From the NCBI GenBank assembly GCA_002701365.1, contig NZUK01000012.1:32633-96632 (forward strand): a stretch of DNA of 64,000 nt, written 5' to 3'. Below the pieces are notes generated by a model. It made no database searches. It saw only the letters and a program-made list of their open reading frames with translations, and had not been told where the DNA came from. Position 1 is the stretch's first letter; each line of letters starts with the position of its first letter. A program made the position numbers and the translations under genes. Shown one piece after another: positions 20,961 through 31,386 of the stretch. Source of the stretch: Flavobacteriales bacterium. GTDB taxonomy: Bacteria; Bacteroidota; Bacteroidia; Flavobacteriales; TMED113.

Positions 20961-20968
20961 CAAATTTA
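20961..20968 (-). promoter_or_regulatory. -7 element TAaaTTTG upstream of guaB
   Basis: Exact TAnnTTTG match about 24 nt upstream of the start codon. Confidence 0.6.
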
Positions 20969-21002
20969 ATAAAAATTAGACAAATAATGCGATTTACATT
21001 AA

Positions 21003-21944
21003 TCAGAAACTGAAATTATTTTTTTTTGCAGCATTAAATTCTGTTAATATATCATTAACAATCTCTTTTGCAGGCTGAATCTTATATAATAATGCTGATA
21101 CTTGACCAATCTCTAATTCACCATCATTTAATTCGCCTAAAAACATACCTTTTTTTGCTCTACCTCTTCCTAGCAATTGTTTCAAATCATCAGCATTAGC
21201 ATCATTTGCATACGCATCTTCTATTTGAGAATAAAATTTGTTTTTGATTAATCTGACAGGTGTTAGTTCTTTTAAGGTCAAAGCCGTATCACCATCATTT
21301 AATTCGGTAATTTTGTTTTTAAATCTTATATGCGCAGAACTTTCTTCAGATACAACAAAACGAGAACCAATTTGAACAGCGTCAGCGCCTAAAATCATAG
21401 CAGCTAACATCGATTTTCCAGAATAAATCCCCCCAGCAGCAATTAATGGAATATTAATATGCTCCTTAATCAATGGAATTAAACAAAAAGTGGTTGTTTC
21501 CTCCCTACCATTATGACCACCCGCCTCAAATCCTTCACAAACTAATGCATCTACTCCTGCTTCAATAGCTTTATTTGCAAATTTTAAATTTGAAATAACA
21601 TGTACAACAATAATAGAGTTCTTTTTTAATTTTTCAGTCCAGTGAAAAGGATTCCCCGCAGATGTAAATACAATCGGAACTTTTTCCTCTATAATAATAT
21701 TAATATGCTCCTCAGCAAAAGGAAATAACAAGGGTACATTAACTGCAAAATTACACTTAGTATTTATCCGACATTTTTGAATATGTTCTCTCAAAACTTC
21801 TGGACGCATCGATCCAGAACCTATAATTCCTAACCCACCAGCATTACTTACAGCTGATGCCAAACGCCAACCACTACACCAAACCATACCTGCTTGTATA
21901 ATTGGATACTTAATGCTAAATAATGATGAAATTCTATTAATCAT
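21003..21944 (-). CDS. Nitronate monooxygenase / FabK-like flavin oxidoreductase
   Basis: YPIIQAGMVW, AGGLG, EGFEAGGHNG, IAAGGI, AVQIGSRF, GELEIGQVS. Confidence 0.9.
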   Translation of the reverse strand: MINRISSLFSIKYPIIQAGMVWCSGWRLASAVSNAGGLGIIGSGSMRPEVLREHIQKCRINTKCNFAVNVPLLFPFAEEHINIIIEEKVPIVFTSAGNPFHWTEKLKKNSIIVVHVISNLKFANKAIEAGVDALVCEGFEAGGHNGREETTTFCLIPLIKEHINIPLIAAGGIYSGKSMLAAMILGADAVQIGSRFVVSEESSAHIRFKNKITELNDGDTALTLKELTPVRLIKNKFYSQIEDAYANDANADDLKQLLGRGRAKKGMFLGELNDGELEIGQVSALLYKIQPAKEIVNDILTEFNAAKKNNFSF

Positions 21945-23545
21945 TTTATTTTTAAAATAGGATGTATATCTGAAGTTTCTCTTATTTTTAAAAAATACAT
22001 ACCTGGAGAATGATTAGATAAACTATGAATAGTCACATATGTTTCATTTGTTGTTTGAGAATAAACTAAAATTCCAAATATATTAAAAATATCAAATGTA
22101 AATTCTACACTATTAGCATTTTGAATACTAAATTGATCTTTGAAAGGATTGGGATATAATTTAATATCGAATAGAGATAGGTCATTATCAAACAGGATCG
22201 CATTTTGATATGCTTGATAGAAATCTGGAATCCCATAACCTAAAGAATCATTTGGGTTTTGAAACAAGTGTGCGGACATCTGAATCATTTCAATAATATC
22301 CATATTACTTACATCATTATTAATTATTTTTTGAGATTCCCATAAACAAGCTGCTAATCCAGCTACAATTGGAGAGGAAAAAGATGTGCCATTAGCTAGC
22401 CTAATAGTTGAATCCAAATCAGCTACAACTGATAATACTCCTTGAGCGCAAACATTAGGCTTTATTCTTCCATCATAAGACGGTCCTCTTGAACTAAAAG
22501 ATGCAATCTGTCCATTATTATTAACTGCACCAACAGCTAAAACACTATCACCATCTGCCGGAGCACCTATATAGTACCAATCTCCTGAACCACTATTGCC
22601 AGCACTATTTACGACGAGTATACCTCTAGAAGCTGCTAAATCTGCTGCATTAGTAATAATTGTAGAATTTCCATCCATATCATTATAAGAGTGGCTATTA
22701 TCCAAATCATCATATAAAATTGTATATCCAAGTGATGAATTTATAATATCCACACCTGCAGAGTCTGCAAATTCTGCTGCAGCTGCCCAATTATCTTCTT
22801 CAACTAATGTTTCAGAATCTGAGTCTTCTGTTCTAAATAACATATATTGTGCTTGAGGCGCAGTACCTATTAAACTGTCAGGCATATACCCACCTATTGT
22901 AGACAGGACCATGGTGCCATGTGAGCTCCCTTTAAATACATTATTATCTTTATCTACAAAATCATAAGAATCTAATATTTGATTATTAGTCCAAAGATTT
23001 TCAAAAATAGGCAATGATTCAACATCTATAAAACCTGCATCAAAAACTGCAATTATTATATCATTGCCTAAAAAACCTTCGTTATGTAAGTCAATACCAC
23101 CCAACATTTCAATTTGATTATATGAACTTCCATACAATAATGAAGATGACAAGCGAGTATTATAATAATCAGGATTATGTTCTTTATAAAGATTTATTTC
23201 TGTCTGTTTGACCATTTTACGCACAGGATAAATGTCTTTCACAAAAGACAAATTGGATATATAGTCTAATACTTCTATTGAATTAATTTTAACAGACACC
23301 GCGTTCAACCATCGTGATGTATTTCTAATAGATAAATTATATTGTTTTAAAACGCTAATGTATTCCTCACAAACCGACAAATCATGAAAGTCAATTTCAA
23401 TACCCTGTTTAATTCGTCTTTCAAGTGCACGATCACTCAATTCCACAACTTGATCACATGCCTTATCGTTAAACATGATCCACCAGTTACTAGATTGAGA
23501 AAAAACAAAAGAGTTAATGCAAAAAAACCAAAAAAGACACCTCAT
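21941..23545 (-). CDS. S8 family serine peptidase with canonical T9SS type A C-terminal domain
   Basis: Catalytic triad motifs VFDAGF, HGTMV and GTSFSSP; SAGNSG; C-terminal YPNP...G.LV...GMYFLKI. Confidence 0.92.
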   Translation of the reverse strand: MRCLFWFFCINSFVFSQSSNWWIMFNDKACDQVVELSDRALERRIKQGIEIDFHDLSVCEEYISVLKQYNLSIRNTSRWLNAVSVKINSIEVLDYISNLSFVKDIYPVRKMVKQTEINLYKEHNPDYYNTRLSSSLLYGSSYNQIEMLGGIDLHNEGFLGNDIIIAVFDAGFIDVESLPIFENLWTNNQILDSYDFVDKDNNVFKGSSHGTMVLSTIGGYMPDSLIGTAPQAQYMLFRTEDSDSETLVEEDNWAAAAEFADSAGVDIINSSLGYTILYDDLDNSHSYNDMDGNSTIITNAADLAASRGILVVNSAGNSGSGDWYYIGAPADGDSVLAVGAVNNNGQIASFSSRGPSYDGRIKPNVCAQGVLSVVADLDSTIRLANGTSFSSPIVAGLAACLWESQKIINNDVSNMDIIEMIQMSAHLFQNPNDSLGYGIPDFYQAYQNAILFDNDLSLFDIKLYPNPFKDQFSIQNANSVEFTFDIFNIFGILVYSQTTNETYVTIHSLSNHSPGMYFLKIRETSDIHPILKIK

Positions 23546-23566
23546 AATTCACAAAACTAAGCATTA

Positions 23567-24226
23567 TTAATCTAAAGTACTATAATCTACTACTTTTAAA
23601 GTATCGCCTAATTCATTGAAAAATATCCATACTGAATCTTTCACACCCTTTGTATATTTTCCCGTCGACTCCAACTGGTTACTTTTATCATAATAATATT
23701 CGGAAATACCATTTAACTGATTATTGAAATAAATGCACCGAACGCTAACAAAACCTGACTTGTAAAATATCTCCGACAAACCATTTTTTAAATTATTACT
23801 ATAATGATATTTTTCAGAAACATAGCCATTGTCATAATAATACAGAGACTGACCATTTAAAACGCCACCAACATAAGACTCTTTAGAAACTATAGAACCA
23901 GAATTGGAATACTGAGTCCAAAGACCATCTTTTTTCTTATTTAAATAAATACCTTTTGAATTAATTAAACCAGATGAAGAATAGATGGTAGCATGACTTT
24001 TAATCCCTGGCTCTACATAATCTAAATTAACAACAAGGTTACCGTCGTAATCATAGTACTTAAAAACACCAAACTCAATGCCGTTTTTAAACTGCCCGTT
24101 ATACTTTATCTGACCATTTTCATGAAGCCCAAACCATTGGCCATCTCTAAGACCATTCGCATCAAAAGAATTTTGAGACCATGACAAAAGAAAAGGAAAA
24201 AGCGCAATAAAAAACAATCTAATCAT
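23567..24226 (-). CDS. MORN-variant repeat exported protein (YwqK-like family)
   Basis: Repeats of G.W..Y..NG.....G.Y.NG...G. Likely start is ATG 24226 (MIRLFFIALFPFLLSWSQ signal peptide), not the track start 24433. Confidence 0.8.
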   Translation of the reverse strand: MIRLFFIALFPFLLSWSQNSFDANGLRDGQWFGLHENGQIKYNGQFKNGIEFGVFKYYDYDGNLVVNLDYVEPGIKSHATIYSSSGLINSKGIYLNKKKDGLWTQYSNSGSIVSKESYVGGVLNGQSLYYYDNGYVSEKYHYSNNLKNGLSEIFYKSGFVSVRCIYFNNQLNGISEYYYDKSNQLESTGKYTKGVKDSVWIFFNELGDTLKVVDYSTLD

Positions 24227-25400
24227 TTTGAAAATTGCTATATAAATTATCAAACTTATTTGCCAAACCTTTCCAACTAAATTCAGTTTTTTTAATCTCA
24301 ATATTTTTTGAAAAACAACCTTCTCTATTGTTGGCAAAATAGTCCTCCAATGCAGAAGCAATTTTCTCCTTATCTGGATCAACCAAATATCCGTCAAAAT
24401 TATGTGTAACGTACTCCGACAAACCACCAACATTAGTTAATAAAACAGGCTTATTAAAATTCAAAGCAACCATAGAAACGCCACTTTGAGTAGCTGAAAG
24501 ATATGGCTGTACCACAATATCAGCGGCGCAAAAATAATTTTTCACATCTTCATTGGGAATATAATTATCATGTAAAATTATCTTATTTTCAATTCCTAAA
24601 AATTTAATTTTTTCTAAATATTTAGATTTTTTTTCATAAAATTCACCCGCAATTATTAAATAAATATTTAATTTTTTTATTTTTTCTAACGCCATTACTT
24701 CTAACAACAATTCCAATCCCTTATACTTCCGAATTAAACCAAAGAATAAAATATATTTATTATTAACCTGAGTATTATCTTTCGTTAAACCAATATTTTT
24801 TTGAGCTATTTTTTTTGCCACAGTATTTCCAAAAACACTATAAATTGGATGAGGAGAAAATTTAACTTTTTTACTGGACAGATCTCGAAAATTTAATAAA
24901 TCTTTTTTAACAGATTTAGACATAACCATATATGTATCACATGATTTTAAAAAAAAATTAGTTAATATATTTTGAAATGGCATAGGATCATGTGGATAAA
25001 TATTGTCGACCCAAGCAATTATGAAAATAGATTTGTGTCGCAAAAGCCTTGCTATCAAGGCTAAACATATAGCAAAATACGGATGCCAATATCGAATTAT
25101 GACATAGTGTGGCTTTATTTTTAACACTTTTCGAACAGTATTAAACCAAGAAAGAGGATTTAATGTATTAATTAAATTTAAGTTAGTATGAGTAGAACTC
25201 TCTGACAAACCTACAGTCTGTTTTTTACCAGGAAATAAAATACTAGGGTATTGTAAACTGTATGATATAATTTGACACGTTTTCTCTTCTTGATTAAAAG
25301 ATTTACATAAAGACTCATTACTTTCTGAGATACCGCCCCTAAGAGGATAACCAGGGCCAATTATAATCCTATTCAAACAATTAAAATCCTGCTTTTTCAC
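24219..25400 (-). CDS. Glycosyltransferase family 4
   Basis: GPGYPLRGGI, LFFGLIRKYKGL, IAGEFY, PYLSATQSGV, TNVGGL. Start may be TTG at 25376. Confidence 0.9.
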   Translation of the reverse strand: MKKQDFNCLNRIIIGPGYPLRGGISESNESLCKSFNQEEKTCQIISYSLQYPSILFPGKKQTVGLSESSTHTNLNLINTLNPLSWFNTVRKVLKIKPHYVIIRYWHPYFAICLALIARLLRHKSIFIIAWVDNIYPHDPMPFQNILTNFFLKSCDTYMVMSKSVKKDLLNFRDLSSKKVKFSPHPIYSVFGNTVAKKIAQKNIGLTKDNTQVNNKYILFFGLIRKYKGLELLLEVMALEKIKKLNIYLIIAGEFYEKKSKYLEKIKFLGIENKIILHDNYIPNEDVKNYFCAADIVVQPYLSATQSGVSMVALNFNKPVLLTNVGGLSEYVTHNFDGYLVDPDKEKIASALEDYFANNREGCFSKNIEIKKTEFSWKGLANKFDNLYSNFQND

Positions 25401-26322
25401 TAATCCTATTATTATTGTTAATAGTTTTATTTCTAATAATTAATTCCCCCAAGAATCCTGATAAAAATAATTGAGACCCTATTATCATACATAATATCCC
25501 TAAATAAAACAATGGCCTATCTGTCATATTAAATTGTGATAGTACAAATTTTGCATATGTTAAATATATAGCAATTACAAAACCAATTACAAAAGAAATA
25601 ATACCTAAAAACCCGAATAAATGCATGGGACTTTTACCAAATCTATTTAAAAAGGAAATCGAAATTAAATCTAATAACCCATTTGAGAAACGATTCCAAC
25701 CACCATATTTTGTTTCTCCATAAGTTCGTTTTCTATGATTTACGATTTTTTCGCCAATTTTATTATATCCTGAATTTTTAACTAGCAATGGAATATAACG
25801 ATGCATTTCACCTGATAATTTTATTTCTTTCAGAACAACAGAAGAATATGCTTTTAAACCACAATTAAAATCATGCAGATAAATTCCAGACATTACACGT
25901 GTAGCCCAATTATACAACTTAGTAGGAATAGTTTTAGAAACCGGGTCAAATCGTTTTTTCTTCCAGCCAGAAACTAAATGATAACCATCATTTACAATCA
26001 TAAGATATAGATCAGGTATTTCCTTAGGGTCATCTTGCAAATCTGCATCCATGGTAATAATAACATCTCCCTGAGCGTGGAAAAATCCAACATCTAACGC
26101 AGTAGACTTACCACAATTTTTATTTAATCTTAAGCCTTTTATATAAGAATTTTTATTTAATTCTTTAATAATTTTCCACGAACTATCACGACTTCCATCA
26201 TCAACAAAAATAATCTCATATGTGTAATTAAAATCTGACAATACATTAAGAATCTCTTCAGCAAGAATATTAAGAGATTCTTCTTCATTAAATAGAGGAA
26301 TTACAATAGATAAATTAATCAT
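25381..26322 (-). CDS. Glycosyltransferase family 2 (DPM1/ArnC-like)
   Basis: SIVIPLFNEEE, VDDGSRD, MDADLQDDP, HDFNCGLKAY, GEMHRYIP and two C-terminal TM helices. ATG at 26322 preferred. Confidence 0.92.
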   Translation of the reverse strand: MINLSIVIPLFNEEESLNILAEEILNVLSDFNYTYEIIFVDDGSRDSSWKIIKELNKNSYIKGLRLNKNCGKSTALDVGFFHAQGDVIITMDADLQDDPKEIPDLYLMIVNDGYHLVSGWKKKRFDPVSKTIPTKLYNWATRVMSGIYLHDFNCGLKAYSSVVLKEIKLSGEMHRYIPLLVKNSGYNKIGEKIVNHRKRTYGETKYGGWNRFSNGLLDLISISFLNRFGKSPMHLFGFLGIISFVIGFVIAIYLTYAKFVLSQFNMTDRPLFYLGILCMIIGSQLFLSGFLGELIIRNKTINNNNRISEKAGF

Positions 26323-26834
26323 TTGTGTTGAATTTTCATTAGCAAAGATATAATTGCTGAATATAGTGTGCAAGGAATTAAACTAAATACATATGCTTGA
26401 AATTGTCCATACATCGAGAAATAATCACCTAAGTATGTTTGATAAAAATCATCAATTGACATATTACAACTAGTAAGTTGTGTACACTTAGAATACTCAA
26501 AAGAAATAAAATCGGAAATTAAATTACTGTTAAATACATTGTATAAAAAATAAAATAAAACTGAGGAAAAAAATAACGCAACACATAAAAGAAGAAAACA
26601 AATTGAAAAATAGTATTTAAAATCATATCTAGTGACATTAAATTTTACATAGGATTTTTTAACAGAGTAAAAAGCAAATGAAAATTGCGCAATTAAAAAA
26701 GACACTGAGTACAAATTTGTTGTAGGCAAAAGAAGTTTTGTGTCAATAGAATAAGCGATAATAGTTAACAAACAAAACACAATACCTAAATAACACCCTT
26801 CAATAAAAGAATAATACTGAATATCTTTTTTCAT
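26319..26834 (-). CDS. DUF4199-like membrane protein
   Basis: Four hydrophobic segments; sits directly upstream of the GT2 gene, as is usual in Bacteroidota. Confidence 0.6.
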   Translation of the reverse strand: MKKDIQYYSFIEGCYLGIVFCLLTIIAYSIDTKLLLPTTNLYSVSFLIAQFSFAFYSVKKSYVKFNVTRYDFKYYFSICFLLLCVALFFSSVLFYFLYNVFNSNLISDFISFEYSKCTQLTSCNMSIDDFYQTYLGDYFSMYGQFQAYVFSLIPCTLYSAIISLLMKIQHK

Positions 26835-26874
26835 ATTTTTTTCACATAATATATTTTAAATTCCAAAATAACAT

Positions 26875-26882
26875 TACTTTTG
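26875..26882 (+). promoter_or_regulatory. -7 element TActTTTG for the SRP RNA gene
   Basis: Exact TAnnTTTG match about 5 nt before the RNA 5' stem. Confidence 0.7.
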
Positions 26883-26886
26883 TCTC

Positions 26887-26983
26887 GGGCAAGTCTTACA
26901 CAACCAGCTCCCACTCAACCTCCCCAGGGTCGGAAGACAGCAAGGATACTGTGGTTGTAGCGGTGTGATGTGAGTAGCTTGCC
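26887..26983 (+). ncRNA. ffs: Signal recognition particle RNA (small bacterial type, 4.5S)
   Basis: GC-rich island forming a long hairpin (GGCAAG 26888-26893 pairs with CTTGCC 26978-26983). Contains the helix-8 motif CCAGGGTC-GGAA-GACAGCAAGG, has an upstream promoter and is followed by a T run. Confidence 0.9.
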
Positions 26984-27002
26984 TTTTTTTGTGCAAAAAA
27001 AT

Positions 27003-27025
27003 AAAAGCGGGCATAACCCGCTTTT
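27003..27025. terminator. Bidirectional intrinsic terminator
   Basis: AAAAGCGGG-CATAA-CCCGCTTTT hairpin with A/T tails, between the convergent ffs and DUF3276 genes. Confidence 0.8.
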
Positions 27026-27066
27026 TATAAAATTGTCGACATAAAATCTATGCCTATCGTTTATAT

Positions 27067-27435
27067 TTATTCAAACTTGATATCAGAAATACTATCCGAA
27101 TCATCATCCGAATCTAATGAAGAACTAGCAGTATCTTCTTGAGTTTCTGTGTTTTCTTGATTAGAAATGACTTCACGACCCTTTTTGTCAAAAATAAAAT
27201 CTGACACTTCCTTAAAACTACCAGCAAATTCATCAAAATCTTCTTTGTATAAATAAATTTTATGTTTCTTGTAATGAGCAGAACCATCTTCATTACTAAA
27301 TTTTTTACTTTCAGTAATTGTCATATAGTAATCTCCTGCTCTAGTAGATCGCACATCAAAAAAATATGTCCTTCTACCTGCACGAACAGACTTTGAAAAA
27401 ATCTCTTCTCTATCGTAATTTTCTTTTCCTTCCAT
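27067..27435 (-). CDS. PUR family / DUF3276 nucleic-acid-binding protein
   Basis: EIFSKSVRAGRRTYFFDVRST, YMTITESKK, KHKIYLYKEDF, acidic tail. Confidence 0.9.
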   Translation of the reverse strand: MEGKENYDREEIFSKSVRAGRRTYFFDVRSTRAGDYYMTITESKKFSNEDGSAHYKKHKIYLYKEDFDEFAGSFKEVSDFIFDKKGREVISNQENTETQEDTASSSLDSDDDSDSISDIKFE

Positions 27436-27465
27436 TTTATTAAGATTTAAATTAATTTATAAGAG

Positions 27466-27473
27466 CAAATCTA
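27466..27473 (-). promoter_or_regulatory. -7 element TAgaTTTG upstream of the DUF3276 gene
   Basis: Exact TAnnTTTG match about 30 nt upstream of the ATG. Confidence 0.55.
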
Positions 27474-27499
27474 TAAAAATATATTTAGATTCAAAGTAT

Positions 27500-29275
27500 T
27501 TAGTTAAAATCGATTTGATGGATAAATAAATTTTTGTATTCTCCATCACAATCAATAAGTTCTCCATGAGATCCGTGCTGAATGATGGAACCTGATTTTA
27601 GAACAATAATGTTAGAACAACAACTTAAAATAGACAATCTATTTGAGGACAATATTACAGTAGTATCTTTAAGTTCATGTTTGATATAATTAATTATTTT
27701 AATTTCTGTGGAAGAATCCACATTTGATAAAGCATCATCTAATATCAAAAATTTAGGTTTTTTTACAAGTGCTCTAGCTAACGCAATACGTTGCTTCTGG
27801 CCCCCTGATAAAGTAACACCTCCCTCGCCAACAAGTGTGTCAAAACCATCATTAAATGAATGAATTTCATCTAATAAACATAAATCCCTCGCAATATTGA
27901 TCATTTCCAAATCTGTTGCGTCATCTGTCCCGAATAAAATATTATTTTTTATAGAGTTAGAAAATAAAAAAACATCTTGAGACACATATGCAATTTGATC
28001 TCGAAAATTGAACCAATTAAATTTTGTATGTGACACCTCATCAAATAATAAATTTCCATTATTAGGAGAGATGATACCTGCTAATATTTTTAGCATCGTA
28101 GTCTTACCTGAACCAACATGACCAACAATAGCAGTAATTGTATTTTTTTTAATACTGAAGTTTATATTATTTAATGCTAAAATATCTGAATCTATATATT
28201 TAAATGATAAATTGTTAAAATTGATCGTATTAAAATTAAATTCTGATTTTAACTGATCTTCTGATCTATTGTAAAAAATACTATAATCTTTATTATATAA
28301 GAATTCATTAATTCTAGCTTGAGAAGCAGCAGCTCTTTGAATTACTTCAGTGACCCAACCAATTGAGGTTGCTGGCCAAGTTAACATATTAACATATATA
28401 ATAAATTCCGCTACTTCACCAACAGAAATTACATTTCTAGAAACCAGTATGCCTCCAGCATAAACAGTTAACAAAATACTCACTCCTACAATTAATAATA
28501 CCAGTGGAAAAAAAATCGAGTTAATAATAGATAAAGATATACTTTGGTTCATGTAGTCATTTGAAACAATACGGAAATAATTTTTAATATCACGCTCTCT
28601 GACAAATGACTTAACTAATCTAATCCCTGAAAAAGTCTCTTGAGTAACATTTGTTAATTTAGAAAGTTTGTTTTGAACATGGCTACTTTGCATATTAATG
28701 TAATGACTTACTTTATATATTAAAAAAGATAGAATTGGCAGTGGTGCTAGGACAAACAATGTTAATTGGGGACTAACAACCAACATTCGAGTTAAAATCA
28801 GAATAATAAGAGTGATTAAATTAAAACTATACATAACAGCTGGTCCAAGATACATCCGTACTCTGTTAACGTCCTCAGTAATTCTATTTAATAAATCACC
28901 AGAATCATTGAGCATATGAAATCTTGATGATAAATTTAAATAGTGATTAAAAATTTCACTCTTCAAATCAAATTCAATCTTTCTTGATGCAACAATTATT
29001 GTTTGTCGCATATAAAACATTAAAACACCTCTTATTATAGCAAATAAAATTAATAATCCTGCGTAAAGAGATAATGCCTGGTACAATGAATTCATATCTA
29101 GTGATTCACTAGATTGAATCTTCTGAATCACATCAGTAATTAAGTCAAATGACTTACCTATTAAATGCGCTGGTAGAAGGGCAAAAATATTGCCAAAAAC
29201 AACAAAAACCAAACCTATAGAAATACGAAATCTATATTTGAAGAAATACTTATTTAAATATTGTAAACTTTTCAT
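27500..29275 (-). CDS. ABC exporter with fused permease and ATPase (MsbA/MdlA-like)
   Basis: TM domain (RMYLGPA), Walker A GHVGSGKT, LSGGQKQR, ILDDALS. ATG at 29275 preferred. Confidence 0.92.
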   Translation of the reverse strand: MKSLQYLNKYFFKYRFRISIGLVFVVFGNIFALLPAHLIGKSFDLITDVIQKIQSSESLDMNSLYQALSLYAGLLILFAIIRGVLMFYMRQTIIVASRKIEFDLKSEIFNHYLNLSSRFHMLNDSGDLLNRITEDVNRVRMYLGPAVMYSFNLITLIILILTRMLVVSPQLTLFVLAPLPILSFLIYKVSHYINMQSSHVQNKLSKLTNVTQETFSGIRLVKSFVRERDIKNYFRIVSNDYMNQSISLSIINSIFFPLVLLIVGVSILLTVYAGGILVSRNVISVGEVAEFIIYVNMLTWPATSIGWVTEVIQRAAASQARINEFLYNKDYSIFYNRSEDQLKSEFNFNTINFNNLSFKYIDSDILALNNINFSIKKNTITAIVGHVGSGKTTMLKILAGIISPNNGNLLFDEVSHTKFNWFNFRDQIAYVSQDVFLFSNSIKNNILFGTDDATDLEMINIARDLCLLDEIHSFNDGFDTLVGEGGVTLSGGQKQRIALARALVKKPKFLILDDALSNVDSSTEIKIINYIKHELKDTTVILSSNRLSILSCCSNIIVLKSGSIIQHGSHGELIDCDGEYKNLFIHQIDFN

Positions 29276-29311
29276 AAAAAAAATATTTTTCAATTTATTA
29301 AATAAAAACGT

Positions 29312-29319
29312 TACTTTTG
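29312..29319 (+). promoter_or_regulatory. -7 element TActTTTG for the ldh-nusB operon
   Basis: Exact TAnnTTTG match about 45 nt upstream of the ATG. Confidence 0.55.
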
Positions 29320-29364
29320 TCGTCCATTTAGAATAATAATTATTGAAATATATTCAAGACCACT

Positions 29365-30450
29365 ATGAAAATATGTAACATTCAAGAAATTCCAGGGATA
29401 GAAAAAAATGTACTTGAATATATGCAAGAAAAACAACACGAAAAAGTTGTTTTTTGTTCAGATGAATCATCAAATCTAAAAGCTATAATTGCAATTCATA
29501 ATACAAATTTAGGCCCTGCTCTAGGAGGCACTAGAATGTGGAATTATAGTAGCATTAGTGAAGCGATACAGGACGTGTTAAGATTGTCCAGGGGAATGAC
29601 GTACAAAGCTGCTATAACTGGATTAAATCTAGGTGGGGGAAAAGCTGTAATCATAGGTGACTCAAAGGATAAAACTCCTGAAATGATGAATGCATTTGGC
29701 AAATTTGTTGAATCTCAATGTGGCCAGTATATTACAGCAGAAGATGTAGGTATGACTACAAAAGATATGGAGTTAATCTTTCAAGAAACTAATCATGTTG
29801 TTGGTAAACCATTTGAGTTAGGTGGAAGTGGAGATCCCTCAGTTATCACCGCCTATGGGACTTTAATGGGCATGAAAGGTAGTGCAAAATACAAATGGGG
29901 ACATGATAGCCTTAAAGATAAGAAAGTGCTAATTCAGGGCGTAGGAAATGTTGGTAAAAACTTAATTAAATTACTTAACGATGAGGAAGCAATTATCTAC
30001 GTAAATGATGTCAATGAAGACAAGGTCAAAGAAATAGCAAAAAATTACAATGTAAATATTTTATCAGATAACATATATAATGCTGAAGTTGATATTTATG
30101 CACCATGTGCATTGGGTGGCACATTAAATGATGAAACAATTCCTCAATTAAAATGCTCTATTATTGCCGGCGCAGCAAATAATCAATTAGCTCAAGAATA
30201 CATCCATGATGAAATGCTAGCACGATACAATGTCTTATATGCACCTGATTTTTTGATAAATGCTGGTGGATTAATAAATGTATATTCTGAACTAAAAGGA
30301 TACTCTCATGATCAAGTAATGCTAAAAACAGAAAAAATATACAACACGACTATTGAAATCCTAAACAAATCTGAAAAGGATAATATTTCAACTCAAAAAG
30401 CAGCACTTCAAATCGCTAAAGAACGTGTATTTCAAAAAAATAGCGCATAA
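29365..30450 (+). CDS. Leucine dehydrogenase (Glu/Leu/Phe/Val dehydrogenase family)
   Basis: LGPALGGTRM, LSRGMTYK, GGGKAVI, YITAEDVG, QGVGNVG, PCALGG, AGAANNQL, PDFLINAGG. Confidence 0.93.
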   Translation: MKICNIQEIPGIEKNVLEYMQEKQHEKVVFCSDESSNLKAIIAIHNTNLGPALGGTRMWNYSSISEAIQDVLRLSRGMTYKAAITGLNLGGGKAVIIGDSKDKTPEMMNAFGKFVESQCGQYITAEDVGMTTKDMELIFQETNHVVGKPFELGGSGDPSVITAYGTLMGMKGSAKYKWGHDSLKDKKVLIQGVGNVGKNLIKLLNDEEAIIYVNDVNEDKVKEIAKNYNVNILSDNIYNAEVDIYAPCALGGTLNDETIPQLKCSIIAGAANNQLAQEYIHDEMLARYNVLYAPDFLINAGGLINVYSELKGYSHDQVMLKTEKIYNTTIEILNKSEKDNISTQKAALQIAKERVFQKNSA

Positions 30451-31344
30451 ATGCTTCCCAGAAGACATATAAGAATAAAAGTTTTTCAATCGCTATATAC
30501 TCTAGCTCAACAAGACAAAGATCATAAATTTGATTTTCAAAGAGAATTTAATAATAATTTGGAAAGTTATAAATCACTATACTTTTTTATCATTAACCTA
30601 TTAAAAATACTAAGAGATGTTGCGAAGGAAGAAATAAAAATAAAAAAAACCAAACTAATCCCATCAGAAGAAGACTTAAAACCCAATACAAAATTTATTA
30701 AAAATACTATATTAAATAAAATTAATAACCAACATAAAAGTGGACACATAGAGAAAGAAAAAGAAAAAATACATAGTATTATAAAAAATATTTTTCAACA
30801 AGTTAAAAAGTCAAAAAAATATATTGACTATATGAATACTGAGACAACGAAAAATGATGAGGAAAAAAGCATTATACTTTTTATACTGAAAAAATATGTG
30901 ATTATAAACGAAAAGATTCATGATATAATAGAAGATTATTCAATATATTGGAATGATGACCTGATTGTCATATACAACTTGATTTTAGAAAAAATTAACA
31001 ACAACAAATCCATTAATACAATAAAATTGTTTCGCAAAAAAGATGATGAAGTATTTGCTGAAAAACTTATCCAAACAACAATTGACAAAGAACATGATAC
31101 AAGTTTAATTATATATAGTTTAGCAAAAAACTGGGACAAAGAGCGTATAGCATTAAGTGACTTAATACTTATGAGAATGGCTATAACCGAAATAAGTTAC
31201 TTGAAAAATATTCCTCACAAAGTCACTTTAGATGAGTATATTGAAATATCTAAGGAATATAGTACACCGAAAAGTAATGAATTCATTAATGGAATATTGG
31301 ATGTTTTTATAAAAGATAATTTAGGAAAAAAAATAAAGGAATAA
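30451..31344 (+). CDS. nusB: Transcription antitermination factor NusB (long Bacteroidota type)
   Basis: RRHIRIKVFQSLY, NWDKERIA..D, IPHKVTLDEYIEISKEYSTPKSNEFINGILD. Confidence 0.93.
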   Translation: MLPRRHIRIKVFQSLYTLAQQDKDHKFDFQREFNNNLESYKSLYFFIINLLKILRDVAKEEIKIKKTKLIPSEEDLKPNTKFIKNTILNKINNQHKSGHIEKEKEKIHSIIKNIFQQVKKSKKYIDYMNTETTKNDEEKSIILFILKKYVIINEKIHDIIEDYSIYWNDDLIVIYNLILEKINNNKSINTIKLFRKKDDEVFAEKLIQTTIDKEHDTSLIIYSLAKNWDKERIALSDLILMRMAITEISYLKNIPHKVTLDEYIEISKEYSTPKSNEFINGILDVFIKDNLGKKIKE

Positions 31345-31386
31345 TAATATTATATTATTTTTGACAAAATAAAAAGAAATATAACC

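Noticed and set aside
23567-24433. YwqK-family 'antitoxin' suggesting a toxin-antitoxin system
   Set aside because: It is a signal-peptide MORN-repeat protein with no adjacent toxin. The track's N-terminal extension is just overlap with the GT4 gene.
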